Source of the DNA: a bacterium
GTDB taxonomy: Bacteria; UBA8248
Reading direction: 5' to 3'
Assembly: GCA_965261085.1 (NCBI GenBank)
Contig: OZ253442.1
Coordinates: 3,776,001 to 3,840,000 of the forward strand
Length of the DNA stretch: 64,000 bases
This document shows positions 10,202-19,600 of the stretch, one piece after another. The notes under the pieces are model-generated. The model saw nothing but the letters and a program-made list of their open reading frames with translations. It was not told the origin of the DNA and made no database searches. The translations under genes and the position numbers were made by a program. Every line of letters begins with the position of its first letter. Position 1 is the first letter of the stretch.

Positions 10202-12520
10202 ATGAAGATTTGCACGGAAGCTGTCGAGACGGAGCCGGCGTTGGTCGAGAGGCCGGATGAGCCATGGCCTCATCCCCCCGAGTTGTTCACAACCGGAGAG
10301 GCGTACTGGCGTTCGCTGTACGAGCGCGAGCGTGCGCGCGCGGAGGCGGCGGAAGCGCGCTGCGAGGAGTTGCGGTGGAAGGAGGTGGATACGCGCACGC
10401 GGGCGGGTTCGCTGAAGTGGTATCTCGACAACTGCCGGAGGAAGCTTGCCGCGAGCGTCGGGAAGTTGAAGGAAGTCCGCCGCGCGGCGAAGAAGGACAT
10501 CCTGGCGCTCGAGGCGGAAGTGGCTCGACAGGAGAAGCTTCTTCGCAAAGCCGGTGTCGAGCCGGGCAAGCGCAGCCCGCTCGCGTCGCTGCGCAAAGAG
10601 GTGGCCCGGTTGCGCAAGGCTCTCTCGGGCGCGTTGCCTCCGGGGGAGGCCGCGCGGCTGCGCAGAGTCGTGGAGAAGCGGGAGAATACGATCGAGTCTC
10701 TGCGCAAGGAGATTGAGGGGCGGGAGGAGGCGCTCGCCCGGCTGAAGAATCGGCTGGCCTGGGAGAAGCTGGAGACGAAGTCTCAGAAGAAGACGGTCCA
10801 GTGGCGTGACGAGGAGGTCATCCGGCTCTGCGGGAAGTTGCGGGAATTGCGTGACGATTTGCGGGTCTCCCTCAGGGCCGCGGACGTCGCGAAGGAACGG
10901 CTGAAGGAGCGGTTGTTGCGCGCGAAGGAGGCGTTGCGCTCGAGGTCGCCGTCTCGTTCGGACGCGGAACTTCGCAAGGCCCTGGGGAGGTCGCGGCGTC
11001 AGAAGACGGCGCTCAGGTCCCTCTCCAGGGAGAACGGGCGGTTGTGCCGTGCGCTTCGCAAGTCGGAGACCCACAGGGCGCGGCTGGAGGCCGAGCTCGC
11101 GAAGCTTCGCGCCACCGGAGCGGTGCTGGCGAGAAGGCTGTTCGGGCGCGGGAGCGAACGACAGGAGAGGCCACGCTCGGAGCGCAGGCGCGGCGGGCAG
11201 CCCGGCGCCCAAGGCCATGGCCGCACCCCGCGGCCCGCGCTCGGGGAGAGGACCGAAGTTCGCAACCCGCCGGCCAGCGCGCGCGTCTGCGCCGGTTGCG
11301 GGCAGCCCTACGTGGCGAACGGCGCACGCATGTCGAGCATCGTCGAGATCGAAGTCTCGGCCTACAGGCGGGTCATACGCCGTCCGAGGTGGCGCCGGGT
11401 GTGCGCGTGCGCGTCGTCTCCCATGGAAGTGTCGGCGCCGCCTGCGCCGCGCCTGTTTGCGGGCACGTCTTACGGGACGAGCGTCTGGGCGCGCCTGCTG
11501 TTCGAGCGCTACGCCTGCTTCCGCCCACTCAACCGGGTCGCCGCGTGGCTCTCCGACCAGGGACTTCCGGTCTCCGCGGGCACGCTGGGCGACAGCACAC
11601 ACCGCTTCACGCCGCTGTTCGAGCCGCTGGCCCGGGCGATCCTCGCCCGCCAGAACGAGGCGGCGGTGCGCCATGGGGACGAGACGACGTGGCGCGTACA
11701 GTCGCTTCGCGAGCAAGGACGCTCGAGCCGCGCCTGGCTGTGGGCCTCGGTAAGCACAGACTCCGTCTACTTCCACGTCGACCCCTCGAGGAGCGCCGAT
11801 GTCGCGATGAAGCTGTTCGGCGCGGCCGGCCCCCATACAGTCATCGTCTGCGACCGCTACAGCGCCTACAAGAAGCTGGCGCGCGAACTCGACGGCGCCG
11901 TGAGTCTTGGCTTCTGCTGGAGCCACGTTCGGCGCGATTATATCCACTGCGCCGCCGGCGATGCGCGGCTGACGTCGTGGTGTGAGAGATGGATCGGGCG
12001 GATTGCGCTGCTCTACCGCCTGAACGAGGCGCGCCTGGCCCGTTACGACTCAGGCTTCGAACGCCAGGACGCGGCGTTCGAAGCGGCGCAGGCCGCGCTC
12101 AAGAAGGCGCTCGATAGCCTGTTCGCGCAGGCCCGACGGGAACTGTCGGCCCTGCCGGCGCAGGTGCGCGAGGGCAAGGCGCTTCGCTCACTGCTGAACC
12201 ACCGCGAAGGGCTGAGCGTCTTCGTCGAGCGCCCCTCGGTGCCAATGGATAATAACGCCGTCGAGCGCGCGCTTAGGGGACCGGTGATCGGGAGGCGGCT
12301 CTCGTTCGGCTCCGTGAGTGAGGCCGGCGCCAGGTTCTCGGCGATGATGTACTCGGTCCTCGGCACCCTCGCGTCGAACGGCATCGACCCGCTCCGCTGG
12401 CTGGAGGCATGGCTCACGGCCTGCGCGGAGAACGGCGACCGGGCGCCCGGGGACCTCTCCGCGTGGCTGCCCTGGTCGATGAATGAGGAGCGCAGGCGCG
12501 CCCTCATGGCGCCGGGATGA
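10202..12520 (+). CDS. IS66-family transposase (TnpC-like) with a long N-terminal coiled coil
   Basis: LFGRGSER, Zn-finger CAGCG...CAC, HGDETTW, VCDRYSAY, CWSHVRR, DNNAVERALR. Confidence 0.92.
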   Translation: MKICTEAVETEPALVERPDEPWPHPPELFTTGEAYWRSLYERERARAEAAEARCEELRWKEVDTRTRAGSLKWYLDNCRRKLAASVGKLKEVRRAAKKDILALEAEVARQEKLLRKAGVEPGKRSPLASLRKEVARLRKALSGALPPGEAARLRRVVEKRENTIESLRKEIEGREEALARLKNRLAWEKLETKSQKKTVQWRDEEVIRLCGKLRELRDDLRVSLRAADVAKERLKERLLRAKEALRSRSPSRSDAELRKALGRSRRQKTALRSLSRENGRLCRALRKSETHRARLEAELAKLRATGAVLARRLFGRGSERQERPRSERRRGGQPGAQGHGRTPRPALGERTEVRNPPASARVCAGCGQPYVANGARMSSIVEIEVSAYRRVIRRPRWRRVCACASSPMEVSAPPAPRLFAGTSYGTSVWARLLFERYACFRPLNRVAAWLSDQGLPVSAGTLGDSTHRFTPLFEPLARAILARQNEAAVRHGDETTWRVQSLREQGRSSRAWLWASVSTDSVYFHVDPSRSADVAMKLFGAAGPHTVIVCDRYSAYKKLARELDGAVSLGFCWSHVRRDYIHCAAGDARLTSWCERWIGRIALLYRLNEARLARYDSGFERQDAAFEAAQAALKKALDSLFAQARRELSALPAQVREGKALRSLLNHREGLSVFVERPSVPMDNNAVERALRGPVIGRRLSFGSVSEAGARFSAMMYSVLGTLASNGIDPLRWLEAWLTACAENGDRAPGDLSAWLPWSMNEERRRALMAPG

Positions 12521-12524
12521 CGCC

Positions 12525-13397
12525 GTGACCGAGTGCCGCTACTACGGGCGCGACTTCACGACGGAAGAGATGGCGCTGCTGCGCGCGCTGATCGCAGGCT
12601 CTCCTGCGCTCAACCGCCATGCGCTCTCGAAGGAGTTCTGCCGCCGCATCGGCTGGTACAAGCCCGACGGCGGACTCAAGGACATGATGGCACGGGTGAC
12701 CATGCTCGCCATGGACAAGGACGGCCTGATCACGCTCCCCCCGCCGATGCGGCCACGCCACGCGGCTCGGCCAATCGTCTTCGGACCCGACACCGAAGCG
12801 CCTCTCATCCCGTCGCCGACCACCCTCGATGAGGTCCGCCCCATCGGGATGCGCATCGTCGTGCGCGGAACCCGCGAGGGCCAGCTCTGGAACGAGTTCG
12901 TCGCCCGCTACCACTACCTCGGTTACAAGACCCTCGTCGGCGCACAGATGCGCTACGCCGTCCACGACCGCGACGGCAGGCCCCTCGCCATGCTCGGCTT
13001 CTCCACCGCCGCGTGGAAGCTCGCCCCGCGCGACAGCTTCATCGGCTGGACGCCCAAGCTGCGTGAGAAGAACCTCCCCTTCGTGGTCGACAACCCGAGG
13101 TTCCTCATCCTGCCATGGATCAAAATCCCCAACCTCGGCTCGCACCTCCTCGCCATCATCCGCAGGCGCCTGCCCGGGGACTGGACCGAACGCTATGGCG
13201 TCACCCCCGTGCTCGTCGAGACCTTCGTCGAAACGCCCCGCTACACCGGAGCCGTCTACAGGGCATCGGGATGGATTCCCGTTGGAACCACCCAGGGACG
13301 AGGGCGCTACGACAGGGACAGACGCTACGACAAGCCCAAAAAGGACGTCTGGCTAAGGCCGCTCCGCAGCAACTGGAAGCAAGTCCTCAGCCGCTGA
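12525..13397 (+). CDS. DUF4338 (DruA-like) domain protein carried inside the IS66
   Basis: RYHYLGY..LVGAQMRY, AAWKLAPRDSFIGW, RFLILPW..IPNLGSH, VETFVE, YRASGW..VGTTQGRGR. Likely GTG start at 12525. Confidence 0.8.
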   Translation: MTECRYYGRDFTTEEMALLRALIAGSPALNRHALSKEFCRRIGWYKPDGGLKDMMARVTMLAMDKDGLITLPPPMRPRHAARPIVFGPDTEAPLIPSPTTLDEVRPIGMRIVVRGTREGQLWNEFVARYHYLGYKTLVGAQMRYAVHDRDGRPLAMLGFSTAAWKLAPRDSFIGWTPKLREKNLPFVVDNPRFLILPWIKIPNLGSHLLAIIRRRLPGDWTERYGVTPVLVETFVETPRYTGAVYRASGWIPVGTTQGRGRYDRDRRYDKPKKDVWLRPLRSNWKQVLSR

Positions 13398-13477
13398 AAC
13401 AAACCCCATCACCCCTCGACCGAATGTGTATGGACGCGCCCCAAAATGCAAGCTTTTTCTTCGGACAGTTCGGCGCA

Positions 13478-13628
13478 ATGTGGTCAGGCGCAGTCGTGTA
13501 TTCGGCCTCTAGATTGCGGCGTTTCCCTCTTGCCACGGGCCCGTATGGAGATGCGCGGATCGGGTCCGAATCGCTTACGCGAGCTTGAAAGCTCTCCATT
13601 CAGGTCCTGGTTTTCCCGATCCCGTCTC
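13478..13628 (-). ncRNA. Predicted bridge/seek RNA, copy 2 (boundaries approximate)
   Basis: Reverse complement of 9895-10045. Confidence 0.75.
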
Positions 13629-13697
13629 ATTGACCGTATGCCCCTTACCTGTCCTCCGACCTGCTCACATTCCCGGCATTATCCGCTCGCCTGCCGC

Positions 13698-14723
13698 TCA
13701 GGCGGCCGGCACCGGCTCCTTGTAGACCTCTTTTTTCGTCATCAGCGCCCAGGCGATGCGCGCCATCCTGTTGGCCAGCGCCACCGCGACCAGCATACGC
13801 GGCTTTCGCGCCAGCATCCGGGCCAGCCATGAGCCCGGCGGAGCGCCGCGCCGGACCGCCCAGCGCACCACCGTCATCGCGCCTATGATCAACAACCGCC
13901 TGACGTCGCGCTGGCCCATCTTCGATATCCTGCCCAGCCGGGGCTTGCCACCGGTGGAGTGCTGCCGCGGGACGAGCCCGAGCCAGGCGGAGAAGTCGCG
14001 ACCGCGCCGGAAGCTTTCCATCGGCGGCGCGAAGGCCTGGATCGCCATCGCCCCGATCGCCCCGATCCCCGGTATGCTCATCAGGCGCCTCGCCTCCTCG
14101 TCTTGGCGCGCACTCGCGAGAAGTTGCCTCTCCAACTCCCCGATCTTCGCATTGAGGCCGGCGATCTGATCGAGCAGAACCCCGCCCAGATCGCGGACCG
14201 CCTCGGGCAGGCCCAAGCCCGGATCTGCAACGGCCGACGCCAGCCGCGCGACATGGGCGGGACCCTGGGGAGCAACGACGCCGAACTCCGCCAGATGGCC
14301 GCGCAGCGCGTTGATCGTCTGGGTGCGCTGTCGCACCAGCAAATCGCGCGTGCGGAACAGCATCCCTCGGGCCTGCTGCTCTTCAGTCTTCACGGCCACG
14401 AAGTGCATGGTCGGGCGAGAGGCCGACTCGCAGATCGCCTCCGCATCAGCCTCGTCGTTCTTGTGGCGCTTGACGAAGGGTTTCACGTAGATCGGCGGGA
14501 TAAGCTTCACCTCATGGCCGAGCTTGCCGATCTCACGCCCCCAGTAGTGCGCGCTCGCACATGCCTCCATCGCCACCAGGCACCGCGGCTGCGAAGCCAG
14601 AAAGCCCAACACCTTCGCCCTGGTAAGCTTCTTCCGGAACGCGACCGATCCGTCCGGGCGCGTGCCGTGGAGTTGAAAGCTCTGTTTTGCCAGATCGATG
14701 CCGATGATGTGAACCTGTTCCAT
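13698..14723 (-). CDS. IS110-family recombinase/transposase, copy 2
   Basis: Identical translation to 8800-9825. Confidence 0.95.
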   Translation of the reverse strand: MEQVHIIGIDLAKQSFQLHGTRPDGSVAFRKKLTRAKVLGFLASQPRCLVAMEACASAHYWGREIGKLGHEVKLIPPIYVKPFVKRHKNDEADAEAICESASRPTMHFVAVKTEEQQARGMLFRTRDLLVRQRTQTINALRGHLAEFGVVAPQGPAHVARLASAVADPGLGLPEAVRDLGGVLLDQIAGLNAKIGELERQLLASARQDEEARRLMSIPGIGAIGAMAIQAFAPPMESFRRGRDFSAWLGLVPRQHSTGGKPRLGRISKMGQRDVRRLLIIGAMTVVRWAVRRGAPPGSWLARMLARKPRMLVAVALANRMARIAWALMTKKEVYKEPVPAA

Positions 14724-14855
14724 GGATTCCCCTCCTGCAGGGCGGTAACGACACCACCTCACCACAGTGTGATGCCTTCGGGAGGGCGCGTCCATCCCAT
14801 CGCTTACCCTTTGCCCGACGTAAACGCGCGCCTATGCGCTGGAGTTGTAATTCAT

Positions 14856-14991
14856 CCGCTTGCGTTTTGATTACATCCTGCGGAAGCTAGATTCCGAACA
14901 AGAGCGGGGATATTTAATATTTTCAAATGATATCAATGGGATAGCAGGATTCCACACCCGTTGGAAATACCCTAGTATCTATAAACGGGCG
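14856..14991 (+). repeat. att-like site A (GATTAC motif, IHF-like box, imperfect palindromic core)
   Basis: CCGCTTGCGTTTTGATTAC...TATCAATGGGATA...CACCCGTT-N21-AACGGGCG; colinear with 21337-21471, 35098-35231 and 35435-35571. Confidence 0.65.
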
Positions 14992-15235
14992 AAATATGAA
15001 ATTTGCGGATATTTATTTCGGTCCGAAACAAAGCTTCATTCCCCGCAACCCCTTGTCCGGAAGGGATTCGTCCGGGAGGCGGATGCGGTTTTCTCTTTCA
15101 TGGGTCCCTGCCTTCCGGGAAGAGCGACGCCCATCTCCCCCAAGGTAGCCATCGACAGGGGAGGGATGTTATCTGGAAACAGACGCCGTCCCGTGAACGG
15201 CGTTGCGGGTCCTGCACGGGCCGCCCGCATGCGCC

Positions 15236-15372
15236 TTACATACACATCCATCTCTGCCGGCGGCTCGTAGAACGTGAAATCCTCCGCATCGAGGTCCGTG
15301 ACATCGACGTTCTCCAGCCGGATCGTGCCGCCGCCCTCCGCGCTCAAGTCGATGACGGCGTCGTCGACAGCA
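15236..15372 (-). pseudogene. C-terminal fragment of an RTX/calcium-binding secreted protein
   Basis: DDAVIDLSAEGGGTIRLENVDVTDLDAEDFTF is typical of RTX-protein C-termini; no credible start. Confidence 0.65.
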
Positions 15373-15438
15373 TGTGAGGCGCACGCGGCGAAGAATCCAG
15401 ACAATCTTGAATCCTGAACCAAGGGAAGGAGAAATGCC

Positions 15439-15570
15439 ATGGCGAATATTACGGGCGGCGCGGACGACGATACGCTCGAAGGCGGCGATGGCATCGACTT
15501 TCTCTATGGCGGCGAGGTCGACGACACGCTCACGGGCGGGGCAGACGCGGGCATTTCCAGACGAGAATGA
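15439..15570 (+). pseudogene. N-terminal fragment of an RTX (GGxGxD) protein
   Basis: RBS AAGGAG then MANITGGADDDTLEGGDGIDFLYGGEVDDTLTGGAD...*; 43 aa, below the ORF-track cutoff. Confidence 0.7.
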
Positions 15571-15577
15571 AGCGCGT

Positions 15578-16441
15578 TCACCTTCTCGCTCCATACGCGC
15601 CCATGAGATCGACCGTCGAGAACGTGCCGCCGACTTCCTCGTGGTTCGGCCCGTAAAATGAACCGTTGATGGTTCCCCAATCGAAAGTCCCATTATCCTC
15701 AACCCTTTGGTTGAGCCATTCGATATTCTCGTAACTCCCACCCGCGCTTCCACCTCTGATATTCGTGAAGGAAACATCCATCCGGGCATCACCAACAGAC
15801 GCCCTGAATTCGAGCCGGGCATCCCCCTCTATATGCTCTCCCCTGTTCGCTCCCGACGAATCCACCCCCAGCATGACGCCCTCGTAGGTGGCCGATGTCG
15901 CCGGAAGACTCCCCGACTTGTTTCCTACAGACATGCCAAAGCCCATTTCGAAATAAATGCCCCGGATGGTGGTCTCACCCACGAATGATCCGAATATGTT
16001 GTGACTCATCCATGCGCCATATCCTTCGACATCCACTTCGCCATCATCCAACGGAATGGTTTGAGACGCGCGATATAGTTCAACACCATTCCTGCTTTCA
16101 ATTCCGACGAGCTGAAAATCATTCGAGATCGAATCGTCCGCATCGACAAAGTCTCCAACGACAAATCGCTCTGAATACCCCAATGGCGCATTGCTCGCCA
16201 CGCAACCATCGAGCAAACAGGTGGTGTCAATGGTGAAATCCACCGCCTTTCCTTCTTGGTCCCGGCCATACAGATACATATCGCTCATCAGCAAAAGCGC
16301 ATCGCTATTCAACTGGGAGAGATTGTCCGCATCAGGCATCACGGCAGGTCGTTGCGGCATCCCGGAGCCGCCACCGCCCCCGCAACCGAGCGCAAGAACC
16401 GCCACCAAGGAAATCGCCAGAATGTTCCTGATCATTTTCAT
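15578..16441 (-). CDS. Surface lipoprotein with a TbpB/fHbp-like C-terminal beta-barrel
   Basis: Lipobox LALG-C followed by GGGGGS; C-terminal INGSFYGPNHEEVGGTF...GAYGARR. Start at 16441 with RBS AGGGGG. Confidence 0.8.
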   Translation of the reverse strand: MKMIRNILAISLVAVLALGCGGGGGSGMPQRPAVMPDADNLSQLNSDALLLMSDMYLYGRDQEGKAVDFTIDTTCLLDGCVASNAPLGYSERFVVGDFVDADDSISNDFQLVGIESRNGVELYRASQTIPLDDGEVDVEGYGAWMSHNIFGSFVGETTIRGIYFEMGFGMSVGNKSGSLPATSATYEGVMLGVDSSGANRGEHIEGDARLEFRASVGDARMDVSFTNIRGGSAGGSYENIEWLNQRVEDNGTFDWGTINGSFYGPNHEEVGGTFSTVDLMGAYGARR

Positions 16442-16686
16442 CGTCCCCCTTGTTACGAGATATGTCCGACCGGACCCAAAGGCGGGCCGGTCTCCAAACA
16501 ACTCACGGATTCCTGGCGGGTTCCCGCCTGTTCCGACCCTTCGGGAATCGTCTTTATGGAAATTCCATTTATTCGAACGAGATTCCCTACCGGTATCGCC
16601 GGTCGATTCCCCGCGCCGCGCAAACGGATGGCCCGGCCAGGAGCGCAAGCCCGCTCGCCGGCGACCCCATGCGACGGACGCTCGCC

Positions 16687-19600
16687 CTAGAAGCGCATCC
16701 CGAAGCTCACCCGCCCGGAATACCGCGTATCGTCCGAACCGATGCCGCCCACCGACACTTCTCCGCTTACCGAGAAGCGGCCCTTGCGGTAGACGCCGCC
16801 CAGCCCCAGTAGGAGCCTGGTTTTAGACGATTTCGATTCGAGTTTCTCTCCCGATACGTCGACGAGCGTCTCCGCGTCGCCGAGTTTCTGCTCCACGTCC
16901 ACCGAACCCCGTAGGGAGAACGTCCCTCCATCCCAGGCGCGCTCGGTCTCGGCCACCACTCCGACGCCGCCCGTGAGGCGCCTCGCATCATCGAGAGAGA
17001 AACGAGCGCCCATCGAGTCGGTGAATTTGTCGATGGAAACTTCCGAGCGCGTCGCCCAGGCGCGGGGCGTGAGCTTCATCTTCCCGTTCATCTTGATGCG
17101 CCTGCCCGCCTCGATGTTCAGGAGCGTGCCGCGCGCGGCGGCGTCCCGCTTCAAGACCCCTATCTCGTCGTCGCCGGATTTAACCTCCACGTCGTAATCC
17201 GTCAGCGAGAGGCTCCCGTTTGCGTAATAACCGCCCGGCCCCTTCCAGAAACCATCGAGCGACACGCCGATTCCCTCCGCCTCGATGTCCCCGCCGCCTG
17301 TTGGTGCGGAAACGTCCGCAGAACCCGTCACGTGGCGCACCGATATCGAACCGGTGAAATGCTCGCCCATTCCGACGTCCAGCCCGGCTTGCGCCGTAAA
17401 GCGTTCGAAGTCGTATTCCGCACCTACGGTTGCACGATCGGGCGCATGGCTTCCCGTGCTTCCTGAGAGACGCGCCCACACGGGCGAGCCGGGCGAGGTC
17501 AGCCGCTCCCCGTCCGGCCCCCCGCCGCCGAGGCGCAGCAAAAAGCCGGGCAGGGCCTCATAAACCGCCGAGCGCGGAGCGTAGACCTCGTGGAATATGG
17601 GCGAGCCGAGGATTTCGATGGAGTCTTCGGCGGAGAAATTCCGACCGGCGATGACATCGGCGGCCGGCTCGCCGGCGACCTGGTCGCCGCCCTCGAGAAA
17701 ATCGGCCGCCGCATCGCCCAAGCCGTCGAACACGTTCTTGACGACCCGGCCGCCGCCCTTGATAAAAACGGACACCGCTTTGCCCGAGCCGTCGTGCACG
17801 CGCTTCGGTGGAGTCATGCAGTCCGGGGGCGTCCCGACTTGCCCCTCCGGGCACGTCGTAGGCGGCGGAGGAGGCGGAGGCGGCGTGGGCGTCGGGGTCG
17901 GCGTGGGCGTCGTGGGCGGCGGTGGAGTGGCGCAGTTCGGAGGTGTTCCGACTTGTCCCGGCGGACACATTGGCGGCGGCGGAGTAGTGCAGTCTGGGGG
18001 CGTTCCGACTTGTCCCGGCGGACACATTGGCGGCGGTGGAGTGGCGCAGTTCGGAGGTGTTCCGACTTGTCCCGGCGGACACATTGGCGGCGGCGGAGTA
18101 GTGCAGTCCGGGGGCGTTCCGACTTGTCCCGGCGGACACATTGGCGGTGGCGGAGTGGCGCAGTTCGGAGGCGTTCCGGTTAGTCCTTCCGGACAGGTGG
18201 GCCTGGCTGTTTCGTTGAAGTCCTCCGTCGAGAAATCCCGGTCGGTCACGACGCCCTCGGCCGGTTCGCTCACCGTCCAGTTCGCCGGGTCCGGGTCGGT
18301 GCGGTTCGTCACCTTGACGCCCTCCGCCCGCATCGTGACGTTCCACGCCCCGTTCGGGGCCACCGCGTCCTCGACCACGCCCGTCGCGCCCTTGTGCAGC
18401 ACGACTTCGTTGACCTCGATGGTCGTCTCCCCCCCGTCGTTGATGATCCAGTCGTCCCCGAGGACATCCGCCACAAGGCGGCCGTCGAGTTTCATGTCGA
18501 CGTGGAGTTTGGGCATGAGCGGATCGCCGTCCTCGACGGGCGTGTCGCCCGTGGCGAGAATCGCGATGCCCGACGCCGCGCCGACGCTGCCTTTGGGCCC
18601 GATGACGACCCGGCCACCGCCCGCGAGGTAGACCCCCGCCGCCTCGCCCGAGCCGCCCATCACGGGGCCGTTCACCGTCACCGTCTGCATGCGGTAGTCG
18701 TCCTCGTCCAGCGCGGCGGCCCTCTCTGCGCCGAGCCTGCCGACCTGGCCCACCTGGATGGCGTTCGCGCCGGCGCCCTCGGCCGTGACGCTCCCGTCGT
18801 CGACCGTGACGGTGATGGTCCTCTCGAGGTCCGTCGTGCTTCGATGCCAAGCCAGGATGCCGTGGGAATTCACGCCCTTGGTCGTAACGCTGCCGCCGGT
18901 GACGGCGATGTCGATGTCGCCGGTGCTTGTGTGATTGGCATAGATGCCGTTGGAAAAGGTGTCTCTGTAGCTGTCATGGAGGGCCGTACTTTCGGTCGTG
19001 ATAGTAACATCCGTTGTGTCGATGGTCACGTCGCCGGCGCCTTCGTGGTGGGCATGGATGCCGATGGAAAGGAGTCCTTTCGTCGTGATGCTGCCGCCGG
19101 CGACGTCGATGTCAATGGCGCCGGCGCCTAAATGGTAGGCACCTACTCCCTGGGAAAAGGTGACTTCGTTTCGGAGGTCCGTCGAGTCGCTCAGGATGGT
19201 GACGTTTTCCAGATCGATAGTGAGAACGCCTTTAGCCCCCCCTTCGTACACGCCAGAAACCGCATGTGACTCAATCCCTTTCGTCGTGATCCTGCCGCCT
19301 CGTACGATGATTGACGTATTGCCGGTCGAACCTGATCTGATGTAGCTTCTAATGCCATGGGAGTCGCTGCCATTTGTCGTGATGATGCTGCCACCGGCAA
19401 CGCCAATGTCGCCGTCGCCGTCGCTTGCATTATCGGCATAGACACCGTAGGAAGACGCGCCGCTCGTCGTGATGTATCCGCCGGTGACGTCGATGTCGAC
19501 GGTGCCCGTGACAGTGCCTTGATGAAGAACATAGATACCGTGGGAAGACGCGCCGCTCGTTGTGACGGAGCCGCCGGTGACGTCGATGTCGACGGCGCCC

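Larger units (their letters stand above)
13424..14798 (-). mobile_element. IS110-family element, IS1111 type, copy 2 (inverted, apparently identical to copy 1)
   Basis: Reverse complement of 8725-10099; identical ORF translations. Confidence 0.92.
8716..14807 (+). mobile_element. IS66-family element with both TIRs interrupted by IS110 copies
   Basis: Ends GTAAGCG (8716) and CGCTTAC (14807). 8-bp direct repeat CCTTTGCC at 8708-8715 and 14808-14815. Removing both IS110 copies restores a 27-bp TIR, GTAAGCGATTCGGTCGAGGGGTGATGG. Confidence 0.92.

Noticed and set aside
10130-11947. 605-aa antisense ORF and other long shadow ORFs (24730-26490, 30775-33510, 17558-18850)
   Set aside because: They are opposite-strand or alternate-frame shadows of high-GC genes, Arg/Ala/Pro-rich and without recognisable motifs.
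12525-13397. Complete Druantia defence system
   Set aside because: Only a DUF4338/DruA-like gene is present; there is no DruE helicase or other partner in the window.
8725-14798. Classical composite transposon formed by two IS110 copies
   Set aside because: The 8-bp duplication flanks the IS66 ends outside the IS110 copies, so the IS66 is the outer element and the IS110s are insertions into it.
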